Assembly (NCBI RefSeq): GCF_964244875.1
Contig: NZ_CAXTKA010000013.1
Span: 41,577 to 105,576 of the forward strand
Source of the DNA: an uncultured Devosia sp.
GTDB taxonomy: Bacteria; Pseudomonadota; Alphaproteobacteria; Rhizobiales; Devosiaceae
DNA: 64,000 bases
Reading direction: 5' to 3'
Shown here: positions 38,649 through 47,595 of the stretch, one piece after another
How positions within the stretch are numbered: the first letter of the stretch is position 1
Layout of the letters: each line of letters opens with the position of its first letter
Notes under the pieces: generated by a model
Databases searched by the model: none
What the model was told of the DNA's origin: nothing
The model's input: the letters and a program-made list of their open reading frames with translations, nothing else
Program-made: the position numbers and the translations under genes

Positions 38649-38764
38649 GTTTGCTGTTTTGGGCAGGTGCTTGATCTTAAAGCTCTTTTCAGGCTGTTGG
38701 CAGTCCGGGGATGACGGGGGCGCGGTTTGCCGCTAGACTGGCGCGCAAAGCCTGTGGAGGATGC

Positions 38765-39283
38765 GTGGCCGAGATCAGCGACAAGGGACAGGCGATCGCC
38801 ATCGGCCCGCGCATCGTGGCGTCGGGCGGGTTCGACCTGTTGTATCGCGAGGGCATGACGCTGATCGAGGAGGTCGCGTCCTATCTCGATAGCGACGGGC
38901 GCGCCGATAGCCGGCTGTTGCCGCGCGAGTCATCGTTTCTGTACGCCACCGAGTCCATGCGCCTGACGACGCGGCTGATGCAGCTGGCCTCGTGGCTATT
39001 GCTGCAGCGGGCGGTCAACGAAGGCGAAATCACCGCCGAAAATGCCCGCTCCGAAAAGGAAAAGGTCAAGTTTTCCGCCACCCCCTCGGAGCGCGGCGGA
39101 CCGGGCTACGAACATCTGCCCGCCGTGCTGCGCGCCTATATCGACAAGGGCGACCGCCTGTTCGACAAGGTCATGCAGTTCGACGTTCTGGAGCGCGGCA
39201 AGGTAAGCCTTGCGGATGCGGGGACGGCCAACGGTATCGTGGATCAGTTGGCGCGGCTCAAGGCGGCGTTCGGGCGAGCGTAG
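38765..39283 (+). CDS. rcdA: DUF1465 regulator of CtrA degradation RcdA
   Basis: LYREGMTLIEEVASYLD..GR, YATESMRLTTRLMQLASWLLLQRAV; GTG behind GGAGG; convergent with rpmE. Confidence 0.88.
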   Translation: MAEISDKGQAIAIGPRIVASGGFDLLYREGMTLIEEVASYLDSDGRADSRLLPRESSFLYATESMRLTTRLMQLASWLLLQRAVNEGEITAENARSEKEKVKFSATPSERGGPGYEHLPAVLRAYIDKGDRLFDKVMQFDVLERGKVSLADAGTANGIVDQLARLKAAFGRA

Positions 39284-39290
39284 CTACTGG

Positions 39291-39437
39291 GTCATCGCGC
39301 CACGCCCTCGTGGTTCGAGGCTCGTGAAGGCTTGCACCTCTCCATGAGGGCTACTGGAAAATCGTGCTGCCTGAGTAGCCCTCATGGTGAGGTGGGAGCG
39401 TAGCGACCCTCGAACCACGAGGGCGTGCCACAATGAT
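39291..39437. repeat. Palindromic MITE/RIME-like repeat, family A copy 1
   Basis: Perfect 20-bp terminal IR CACGCCCTCGTGGTTCGAGG (39301) / CCTCGAACCACGAGGGCGTG (39408) plus internal IR CCATGAGGGCTAC/GTAGCCCTCATGG. Confidence 0.85.
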
Positions 39438-39465
39438 ACGCAAGGATAGTTGTCTCGCCCAAACA

Positions 39466-39493
39466 AAAAGCCCGGCGCAATGGCCGGGCTTTT
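39466..39493 (-). terminator. Intrinsic terminator of rpmE (likely bidirectional)
   Basis: AAAAGCCCGGC-GCAATG-GCCGGGCTTTT. Confidence 0.85.
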
Positions 39494-39513
39494 GAATTCG
39501 CTGGGAACTGGCC

Positions 39514-39735
39514 TTAAATACCGAGGCCCTTGAAGCGTTCCTTGAAGCGCGAGACGCGGCCGCCGCGGTCGAGCAGCTGGCCGGTGCCGCCGGTCCAGGC
39601 CGGGTGGGTCTTGGAGTCGATATCGAGCTGAAGGGTGTCGCCTTCCTTGCCGTAGGTCGACTTGGTCTGGTACTTGGTGCCGTCGGTCATCACCACGTTG
39701 ATCAGGTGGTAGTCCGGATGGATATCGCTCTTCAT
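39514..39735 (-). CDS. rpmE: 50S ribosomal protein L31 (no Zn-binding Cys)
   Basis: [10 protein letters not shown]...[14 protein letters not shown]...GGRVSRF. Confidence 0.97.
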   Translation of the reverse strand: MKSDIHPDYHLINVVMTDGTKYQTKSTYGKEGDTLQLDIDSKTHPAWTGGTGQLLDRGGRVSRFKERFKGLGI

Positions 39736-39948
39736 GATAGCCTCAAATCAAACGGGCGCCGTGGCGCCCGGAGAACAGGAAACAGGTGTTGGCGGCTTCA
39801 TAGCGAAATCCCGGCAAATCTGCAAGGGCTGCCCGTGAGCTAATATGTCTCGGACAAAGCGGTTGCGGGGTGTTTGGGCAGTCCTTATGTAGCTGGAATG
39901 CCGGACGCGCCGAGGCGCGCCGCTTTTTGTGGATGACAAGCCCCTGCC

Positions 39949-41766
39949 ATGACCGACCAGGCCGTCCCGCTGCCCGCCAATGCCGAAGCCCTTGCCGCGC
40001 CCCTGCCGACGCCGCGCAAGCTGCAGCCGCTGCGGCGCTTGTTGCCGTTCGTCCTGGCCTATCCGTGGCGGCTGGCGCTGACCGTTACCTTTCTGTTGAT
40101 CTCCACCATCGCCTCGCTGGCGATCCCGGCGGCGCTGGGCGGCGTGGTGGACCAGGGCTTTGTCGAGCAGAACCTGTCCAACGTGGCCAGTTACGGCTAC
40201 CTGATCGTGGGCATCGCCGCGATCATGGGCCTGGCCAGCGGGGCACGGTTCTACTTCATTTCGGTGATCGGGGAGCGCGTACTGGCGGATTTGCGCCAGG
40301 CCGTGTTCGTGCACCTGCTGGGCCTCGATGCCCGTTATTTCGACACCCACCGGGTGGGGGAACTGACCAGCCGGCTCAATGGCGACGTGGCGGTGATCCG
40401 CAGCGCCGTGGGCTCGAGCGGCTCGCTGGCTCTGCGCTCGGTGGTCACCATTATCGGCGCGCTGATCATGATGCTGCTGACCAGCCCGGTGCTGACGCTG
40501 GCCGTGGTGATTGCGGCACCGGCGATCTTGTTGCCGCTAATCGCTTACTCGCGACGATTGCGCGGCATGTCGCGGCGCACGCAGGATGCCCTGGCGGATC
40601 TGTCCGCGATGGCGACCGAAATGCTGGGCGCGACGCGCACGGTCAAGTCGTTCACCCAGGAGCAGGTGCAGTCCGGGGTCTATAACGAGCGCAGCGAGGC
40701 GAGCTACCAGGCCGAGGTCAAGCGGCTGTTCGCGCGCTCGGCGCTGGTGGCGCTGGTGATATTCCTGGGGACCTCGGCGATCGTTTTCCTGGTCTGGTGG
40801 GGTGCCCGTTCGGTGTTCGAGGGCACGGTGAGCGCCGGGCAATTGGCGCAGTTCCTGATCTACGCGCTGATGGCGTCGGGCGCCTTGACCAATGTCAGCG
40901 AGGTGCTGGGCACGCTGCAATCGGTGGCCGGCGCGACCGAACGGCTGGTGGAAATCCTCGATACCGAGCCGCAGATCGAGGTGGCGGCGAATCCCAGGCC
41001 CATGCCGGTGCCGCCGCTGGGGACCGTGGTGTTCGAGCATGTCGATTTCAGTTACGAGGGCGCCGGGCGCGATCTGGTGCTGCACGACCTGAGCTTTGCC
41101 GTAGCCAAGGGGCAGACGGTGGCGCTGGTGGGCGCCTCGGGTTCGGGCAAGTCGACGACCCTGTCGCTGTTGCAGCGATTTTACGATGTCACCGGCGGCG
41201 CGATCAAGGTGGATGGGCTGGACGTGCGCGACGTGTCGCCGCTCGAGCTGCGCCGGCGGTTTGCCTATGTCGAGCAGGAGCCGACGATCTTTGCCGGCAC
41301 TGTCGCCGAAAATATCCGCTTCGGCAAGCCCGATGCGAGCGATGCCGAGGTCGAAGCGGCGGCCAAGGCGGCGCTGGTGCATGATTTCGTCATGGATTTG
41401 CCGCAGGGCTATGGCGCCATCGTGGGCGAGCGGGGGGTAATGCTGTCTGGCGGGCAGAAGCAGCGCCTGGCGATCGCCCGCGCCATACTCAAGAACGCGC
41501 CGATCCTGTTGCTGGACGAAGCGACCAGCGCGCTTGACGCACAAAGCGAGCGGCTGGTGCAAACGGCCCTGGAGCATCTGATGGCGGGGCGCACGACGCT
41601 GGTGATTGCCCACCGGCTCGCAACGATCCGCGATGCCGATACGATTCTGGTGCTCGATGGTGGGCGGATCATCGACCAGGGTACGCATGACCAGCTTGTA
41701 GCCAAAGGCGGGCGTTATGCCGAGCTGGCGAAGTTGCAGTTTCGGCTGGATGAGGCGGAGGGGTAG
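39949..41766 (+). CDS. ABC exporter, fused permease/ATPase (MsbA-like)
   Basis: Six TM segments, GASGSGKST, LSGGQKQR, LLDEATSALD, IAHRL. Confidence 0.93.
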   Translation: MTDQAVPLPANAEALAAPLPTPRKLQPLRRLLPFVLAYPWRLALTVTFLLISTIASLAIPAALGGVVDQGFVEQNLSNVASYGYLIVGIAAIMGLASGARFYFISVIGERVLADLRQAVFVHLLGLDARYFDTHRVGELTSRLNGDVAVIRSAVGSSGSLALRSVVTIIGALIMMLLTSPVLTLAVVIAAPAILLPLIAYSRRLRGMSRRTQDALADLSAMATEMLGATRTVKSFTQEQVQSGVYNERSEASYQAEVKRLFARSALVALVIFLGTSAIVFLVWWGARSVFEGTVSAGQLAQFLIYALMASGALTNVSEVLGTLQSVAGATERLVEILDTEPQIEVAANPRPMPVPPLGTVVFEHVDFSYEGAGRDLVLHDLSFAVAKGQTVALVGASGSGKSTTLSLLQRFYDVTGGAIKVDGLDVRDVSPLELRRRFAYVEQEPTIFAGTVAENIRFGKPDASDAEVEAAAKAALVHDFVMDLPQGYGAIVGERGVMLSGGQKQRLAIARAILKNAPILLLDEATSALDAQSERLVQTALEHLMAGRTTLVIAHRLATIRDADTILVLDGGRIIDQGTHDQLVAKGGRYAELAKLQFRLDEAEG

Positions 41767-41790
41767 TCCTCCTGCTCCTCGCGTAATTTT

Positions 41791-41957
41791 CAGTCATCAC
41801 CCTTCTCCCCTTGAGGGAGAAGGTGCCCGAAGGGCGGATGAGGGGTCTCTTGCTTGTGCATTGAAGTATGGGCGCGCGCAGAACCCCTCACCCTGACATT
41901 TCCGCTGAACGCGTCAATGTCTGTCCCTCTCCCACAAGGGGCGAGGGGTGACGACTG
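41791..41957. repeat. Palindromic intergenic repeat, family B copy 1
   Basis: Terminal IR CAGTCATCACCC / GGGTGACGACTG; internal hairpins CCTTCTCCCC-TTGA-GGGAGAAGG and CCCTCTCCCACAAGGGGCGAGGG. Confidence 0.85.
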
Positions 41958-41971
41958 GTAACTCAATGCCC

Positions 41972-42997
41972 TCACCCCTCCGTCAGCTTGAACTCGATGC
42001 GGCGGTTGCGGCGGTAGGCTTCTTCGGTGTCGCCGGGGTCGAGGGGGGTGAATTCGCCGAAGCCGGCGGCGATCAGGCGGTTGGGGGAGACGCCTTTGGT
42101 AACGAGGTACTTGGCTACCGAAATAGCGCGCGAGGCCGAGAGTTCCCAGTTTGAAGGGAACTGGACGTTGGAGATCGGGCGCTTGTCGGTGTGGCCATCG
42201 ATACGCAGGACCCAGTTGATGTCGGACGGGATCTCGGTTTCCAGCTGCAGGATGGCGGCCGCCAAAGCGTCGAGGTCGGGCGTGCCGGCGGCCTGGACGG
42301 TGGCCTGGCCGGGATCGAACAGCACTTCGGACTGGAACACGAAGCGATCGCCGACAATGCGCACATCGGCGCGGCCTTCCAGGATCTGGCGCAGCCGGCC
42401 GAAGAAATCGGAGCGGTAGCGCGATAGATCCTGCACGCGCTGGGCCAGTGCCAGGTTGAGGCGCTTGCCCAGATCGGCGATCTGGGTGCGAGATTCGGTA
42501 TCGCGAGTTTCCGAAGCATTGAGGGCGGCTTCCAGCGCGCCGATCTGGGTGCGCAAGGCCGCCAGCTGCTGGTTGAGCAGGCTGACCTGGGCATTGGCCT
42601 CGTCGGACAGGTCCTGCGCATCGGACAACTCATCGGTCAGGCCGGCGATGGTTTCGTCCTTGCTGGACAGGCCGGTGCCGATACCGGCCAATTGCCCGCT
42701 CAGCTCGGCATTTTCCGCATTGGCGCTGGACAACGTGGCTTGCAGATTGGCGAGCTGGGAGGTTAGGTCGTCGGAGTTTGAGCGCTCAAGCTGCAGCAGG
42801 TCGGTCAGCTCGGCGATCTGCGAATTGAGGCGCGACAAAGCGGTGTCCTTGCCCTGGATCTCGCTGCCCAGGAAGAACTGCGTCAGCATGAACAGCGACA
42901 GCATGAAAATGATGACGAGCAGCAGGCTCGACAGGGCGTCGACGAAGCCGGGCCAGTAATTGGCCTCGATCCTGCGGCGGGAGCGGGCTCCGGGCAT
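41972..42997 (-). CDS. MotB/OmpA-like peptidoglycan-binding protein with long coiled coil
   Basis: YWPGFVDAL TM segment with conserved Asp; IDGHTD, SNWELSASRA, NRRIE. Confidence 0.88.
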   Translation of the reverse strand: MPGARSRRRIEANYWPGFVDALSSLLLVIIFMLSLFMLTQFFLGSEIQGKDTALSRLNSQIAELTDLLQLERSNSDDLTSQLANLQATLSSANAENAELSGQLAGIGTGLSSKDETIAGLTDELSDAQDLSDEANAQVSLLNQQLAALRTQIGALEAALNASETRDTESRTQIADLGKRLNLALAQRVQDLSRYRSDFFGRLRQILEGRADVRIVGDRFVFQSEVLFDPGQATVQAAGTPDLDALAAAILQLETEIPSDINWVLRIDGHTDKRPISNVQFPSNWELSASRAISVAKYLVTKGVSPNRLIAAGFGEFTPLDPGDTEEAYRRNRRIEFKLTEG

Positions 42998-42999
42998 GG

Positions 43000-43995
43000 T
43001 CAGGCGCGCCGATCGGTGTCGTCCTGGTCCAGCATGGCCTGGATCAGATCGCGCAGCTTCTTGTTGGTTTCGCCCTGCTCGACGATGTGGGTGCGCAGAT
43101 CGTCCTGCTCGGTGCGGATATGCTTGACCAGTCCGTCGATGCCGCGCGCCAGTTCGGCCATGGCGCGGATGGCGTTCTGCGAGGAATTCTGGTTCTGCAT
43201 GGTGTTGCCGAGGCTGTCGATCATGGCCTGCATGTCGGCGCCCTGCATGCCCAGGCCATTGGCCTGCATGGCGGTCACCGGATGGTCCAGTTCGGTCATC
43301 GAGGTCATCCAGTCCTCGAGATCGGTGTAAAAGGCGTTCTGCGCCTGGCTGGTCTGCAGATCGAGAAAGCCCAGCACCAGCGAACCGGCAAGGCCGAATA
43401 GCGAGGAGGAGAACGCCGTGCCCATGCCAGCCAGCGGGGCGGTCAATCCCGACTTGAGATTGCCAAACAGGGACGCGGTATCGCCGGCGGTGACATCAAG
43501 CGCATTGATGACGCCGGCGACCGAGGTCACCGTTTCGAGCAGACCATAGAAGGTGCCCATCAGGCCCAGGAAAACCAGCAGGCCGGTGAGATAGCGCGAG
43601 GTATCCTTCGCTTCATCGAGCCGGTTGCCGACGCTGTCCAAAATTGAGCGCATCGAGGACGGGGTGATGATCGCTTCCCCGATCCGCTCGCGCAACAGGC
43701 CCGCCACCGGTGCTAAAAGAATAGGCGGACGCACCGTGCTGGCGGAGCCGTCCTGCAGCGAATTGACCCATTTGACCTCGGGAAACAGGCGGTAAATCTG
43801 GCGGAAGCTGAGGAAAATGCCGACGGCAAGGGTAAAGGCGATCAGCGAGTTGATGAACGGATTGGCCCAGAAGAAGGTATAGATCGTGGTGCCCAGAATG
43901 GCGCCGACCAAAGCCACGATGATCAGGAAGATCACAATCTTGATGAGATAAACGGTGGGGCTGGCAAGATGGTAGGGATCGTAGCCTTGCGTCAT
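43000..43995 (-). CDS. MotA/TolQ/ExbB-like proton channel protein
   Basis: LVFLGLMGTFYGLL and GMGTAFSSSLFGL TM pair, C-terminal coiled coil. Confidence 0.85.
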   Translation of the reverse strand: MTQGYDPYHLASPTVYLIKIVIFLIIVALVGAILGTTIYTFFWANPFINSLIAFTLAVGIFLSFRQIYRLFPEVKWVNSLQDGSASTVRPPILLAPVAGLLRERIGEAIITPSSMRSILDSVGNRLDEAKDTSRYLTGLLVFLGLMGTFYGLLETVTSVAGVINALDVTAGDTASLFGNLKSGLTAPLAGMGTAFSSSLFGLAGSLVLGFLDLQTSQAQNAFYTDLEDWMTSMTELDHPVTAMQANGLGMQGADMQAMIDSLGNTMQNQNSSQNAIRAMAELARGIDGLVKHIRTEQDDLRTHIVEQGETNKKLRDLIQAMLDQDDTDRRA

Positions 43996-44321
43996 CGGTG
44001 TGTGGCCCTGGTCCTGCGCGGCAAATCATCAGCGCGCAGAGTAGTCAGAGCAGATGGGTGTGACAATCGGAAAGGTTAACGCCTGCGGACCTGTGATCGG
44101 CTTTCGGCGCAGGCGCGGCGGCGCTTGCGTCGTCCAGCACCGGCAATTGGCGGACGGCAGCGAGACGTGGTCCGACCCGGGTTGGAGGACGCGAAAATCA
44201 GGATGGATGATGCCCGTTCAGATGCTGGTGCGGCCGTCAATTTGCCTTGTCTGGGGCGTCACGGAAGTTTCGCACGGGGTCGCTAAGCCGGGGCCATCAG
44301 TGCCAGCCGGATGCTCCGCCC

Positions 44322-45056
44322 ATGCCGATCGCTATCGACAAATTCGCCGCCTACTATGCGCGCAGCCAACATCGGGAGCCGCCCCTTCATCTGGGAACGC
44401 GTTATGACCGTGCGGGCCGGTTCCTGCCCGAGCCGGGCAATACCGTGGTCTGCCATCTGGTTGCCGGTTCGGCAACGGAAGCGGCACTGACCGATGCCAA
44501 AACGCGCTACGAGGCTATGCCCGATGCTGCCGGGCTCGCGTTCACGCCGGTCGAAAGTTACCACATGACGCTGTTCCAGGGCATCATCGAGGGCCGGCGA
44601 AGCTATCCGTTCTGGCCGGCCGATGTGGCGAGCGACACGCCGATCGAGGTGATGACGCAGCTCTTGGCCAAGCGGCTCGAGCGGTTGCCGAAGCTGCCTC
44701 CGTTCGCGGTCGAGGTGTCAACGGCGCTGCCGACGGGCCTGTTGGTGGACGGTGCCACGGCGGGGGACCGCCATGCGATGGCGCAATGGCGCAACAGCTT
44801 TGCCGAGGTGTTCGGCTACCGCCACGCCGATCACGAGCAGTACGCGTTTCACATCACCACGGCGTATATGATCGACTGGATCGACGATGCGGCGCTGCCC
44901 GCCTGGCAGGCTATGCTGGACCAGGTATGCACCGAGATCGCCCGGCGCGCGCCGCGGTTGGAGCTGCGGGCGCCGGCGTTCTGCAGCTTTGCCGATATGA
45001 ACTGGTTCGAGGAACTGCGCGTGTTCGAACCTGGGCCGGCTATTGCACAGCCCTGA
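44322..45056 (+). CDS. DUF1868-like 2H phosphoesterase
   Basis: Two HxT motifs (SYHMTLF, FHITTAY); PGNTVVCH. Confidence 0.8.
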   Translation: MPIAIDKFAAYYARSQHREPPLHLGTRYDRAGRFLPEPGNTVVCHLVAGSATEAALTDAKTRYEAMPDAAGLAFTPVESYHMTLFQGIIEGRRSYPFWPADVASDTPIEVMTQLLAKRLERLPKLPPFAVEVSTALPTGLLVDGATAGDRHAMAQWRNSFAEVFGYRHADHEQYAFHITTAYMIDWIDDAALPAWQAMLDQVCTEIARRAPRLELRAPAFCSFADMNWFEELRVFEPGPAIAQP

Positions 45057-45834
45057 TCTGCTTGAGAAGGGCCGCCTGGATGGCTTCGTTGCCGGCAACG
45101 ACCTGGCCGTTCCAGACCGAGCCGGGGGCGCCGGCGTAGTCGGAAACGAAGCCGCCGGCTTCCCTGACCATCAACAGGCCCGGGGCGACATCCCACGGCG
45201 CCAGGCCCGCTTCCCAGACGCCGTCGAAGCGGCCCGAGGCGAGCCAGGCCATGTCCACCGAAATGGAGCCGGTGCGACGGATGCCGGCGACAGCGGGGTT
45301 GATGTGGGCGAGCTGGCGCAATTGCATGGCGTCGTTGGCGGTGCCCTGGGTCTTGATGCCGGTGCACAGTACCGCATCGGCGAGTTGCTTGCGGCCGGCG
45401 ACGCGCAGGCGCTTGCGGTCGTTCATCCAGGCGCCACCACCTTTTTCGGCGGTGTACAGTTCGTCCATCACCGGATTGTAGATCACCGAAGCGACGATGT
45501 CGTTGGCGCGTTCCAGCGCGATGGCGACCGCGAACATCGGCAGGCCATGCAGGAAATTGGTGGTGCCGTCGAGCGGGTCGATGATCCAGCGATGCTGGCC
45601 GTCGGTGCCGGCGACCTCGCCGCCTTCCTCCATCAGGAAGGCATAGGTTGGCCGCGCCTTCTTGAGCTCGTCGAAACAAATTTGCTCGGCGCGCCGGTCG
45701 GCATTGGAGACGAAATCGGCGGGGCCCTTGCGGCTGACCTGCAGGTTCTCGACTTCGCCGAAATCCTTGGTCAGCGACTTGCCGGCCTTGACGGCGGCCT
45801 GGACCATGACATGAAGAATGGCCGAACGTGCCAT
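45040..45834 (-). CDS. suhB: Inositol monophosphatase
   Basis: DFVSNAD, WIIDPLDGTTNFLHG, WDVAPG. Confidence 0.95.
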   Translation of the reverse strand: MARSAILHVMVQAAVKAGKSLTKDFGEVENLQVSRKGPADFVSNADRRAEQICFDELKKARPTYAFLMEEGGEVAGTDGQHRWIIDPLDGTTNFLHGLPMFAVAIALERANDIVASVIYNPVMDELYTAEKGGGAWMNDRKRLRVAGRKQLADAVLCTGIKTQGTANDAMQLRQLAHINPAVAGIRRTGSISVDMAWLASGRFDGVWEAGLAPWDVAPGLLMVREAGGFVSDYAGAPGSVWNGQVVAGNEAIQAALLKQIRAVQ

Positions 45835-45836
45835 GG

Positions 45837-46403
45837 CTAGTCGGCCCGGCGCATATAGGTGACTTCGGTGGTGTCGACCACGATGCGCTCGCCGGTATTG
45901 ACGAACTGGGGCACCATGACCTTGAGGCCATTGGAGAGCTTGGCCGGCTTAAACGAATTGGCGGCGGTCTGGCCCTTGACCGCCGGATCGGCCTCCACGA
46001 CTTCCAAAACGACATTGGGTGGAAAGCGCACGCCGAGCGGGGTTTCCTCGTGCATTTCGACAGTGATCTTCATCCCGTCCTGCAGAAACGCGGCGCGGTC
46101 GCCAACGAATTCCTTGAGCAATTCGATCTGCTCGTAGCTGTCCTGGTCCATGAATACCAGGGCGTCGCCCTGCTCGTAGAGATAGGTAAAATCGCGAAAC
46201 TCGAGGTCGACCTGCTCGACGGTTTCGGCCGAGCGAAACCGCTCGTTGAGCTTGGTGCCGCCCAAAATGGCCTTGAGTTCGACCTGGGCATAGGCACCGC
46301 CCTTGCCCGGCTTGACATGATCGACCTTGACGGCGACCCAGAGGCGATCCTGATGCATGATCGCCATGCCGGGGCGGACTTCGTTGCCGTTGATTTTAGC
46401 CAT
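45837..46403 (-). CDS. efp: Elongation factor P
   Basis: [38 protein letters not shown]. Confidence 0.97.
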   Translation of the reverse strand: MAKINGNEVRPGMAIMHQDRLWVAVKVDHVKPGKGGAYAQVELKAILGGTKLNERFRSAETVEQVDLEFRDFTYLYEQGDALVFMDQDSYEQIELLKEFVGDRAAFLQDGMKITVEMHEETPLGVRFPPNVVLEVVEADPAVKGQTAANSFKPAKLSNGLKVMVPQFVNTGERIVVDTTEVTYMRRAD

Positions 46404-46521
46404 TGTCTCGTTTTTTCAGGTGATGAGTGTCGGGTGCCGCTGCGCGGCCAGCCCTATTGCGGATGGCTCCGAGCGGCGCCGCTGAAGGGGTGCGCGCTTA
46501 TTGCCCAGAACGGGCGCCGAT

Positions 46522-47595
46522 TCAAGGGTTTTGCGCCGGCGCATCGGCCGCCGGTGCAGTGCTGGCAGCCGGTGCTTCGTTGGCATCGGTGGGGGCCGGC
46601 AGCGTCTGGCCCGCAGGTTCGGGAGCGGCGGCGGCGGGCGCCGTGGCATCGGGCAATTGGGAGGGCCAGAACCGGGCACGCTCCTCGGCGCTGGTCAACT
46701 GATCGGCCGGGATGGAGACCAGGAGACGATCGAGCGCGGGATCGCTCAGGCCCTGGCGGCGGGCCAAGGCGCGCCACATGGCGGCTTGCTCCAGGTTCAG
46801 CGTGGTGCCTTCGCCCGCAGCCAGGAGCTTGGCATAGCGGTTCTGCGCCACGGGGCTGCCGGCCTCGGCGGCGCGCTCATACCAGCTGGCGGCGCCTTGC
46901 GTATCCTTGTCAATGCCTTGGCCCATATAGAGCAGGGTAGCATAATCGATCTGGGCATCCACAAGGCCGGCTTCAGCGGCCAGGCCGATATAGCGGGCGC
47001 CGGCCACCGGATCGGGCAGCGCGCCCGCGCCCTGGATCAGCATGGTGCCGTAGTCATATTGCGCTTCGGGCAATTTGGCATCGGCGGCCTGCTTGAGCAG
47101 TTCGGCGGCCAGCGTCAGGCTGGGCGAGGCATAGGTGCCTTCGACATGGAGCAGCGCCATGTTGTATTTGGCGGGCATATAGCCGGCATCGGCGGCCTTG
47201 CTGAACAGATCGGCGGCGCGCCGGCGATTGATCGGCACGCCCTGGCCCTGTTGATACAGCAAAGCCAGCTCGAAACTGGCCAGCATGTCGCCATTGTCGC
47301 TGGCAAGTTGATACCAGCCGGCGGCACGCTGCGGGTTTTCGGCGACGCCGAGGCCCTTGCAGTAAATTTCGGCGATCAGGGTCTGGGCGGCCGCATCGCC
47401 TTGGCCGGCACGGGGCAAAGCCAGTTCAAGCGCCGTCAGGAAATAGCCGCGCTGAAAGGCGCCAAAGGCCTCGTCGACCTTTTGGCGGGGGCCGAAGATT
47501 TCCTTGCTGATGGTTTCGGCGGGATTGTCCTGTGCCTGCACGCTCGAGACCAGCAGAGCCCAGGCCAGGACGAACCGCGCGATCGGCGCGCGCAT
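46522..47595 (-). CDS. Exported Sel1-repeat protein
   Basis: Signal peptide, repeated A..W...AA..G...AQ..YA.L...G.G motifs. Confidence 0.88.
   Translation of the reverse strand: MRAPIARFVLAWALLVSSVQAQDNPAETISKEIFGPRQKVDEAFGAFQRGYFLTALELALPRAGQGDAAAQTLIAEIYCKGLGVAENPQRAAGWYQLASDNGDMLASFELALLYQQGQGVPINRRRAADLFSKAADAGYMPAKYNMALLHVEGTYASPSLTLAAELLKQAADAKLPEAQYDYGTMLIQGAGALPDPVAGARYIGLAAEAGLVDAQIDYATLLYMGQGIDKDTQGAASWYERAAEAGSPVAQNRYAKLLAAGEGTTLNLEQAAMWRALARRQGLSDPALDRLLVSIPADQLTSAEERARFWPSQLPDATAPAAAAPEPAGQTLPAPTDANEAPAASTAPAADAPAQNP

Noticed and set aside
39514-39735. Zn-free L31 as a zinc-starvation paralog
   Set aside because: Cys-less L31 is the normal single form in many alphaproteobacteria and no Zur box was evident
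41972-43995. Zorya anti-phage system
   Set aside because: No zorC, zorD or zorE nearby, the A subunit lacks the very long ZorA tail, and the context is housekeeping
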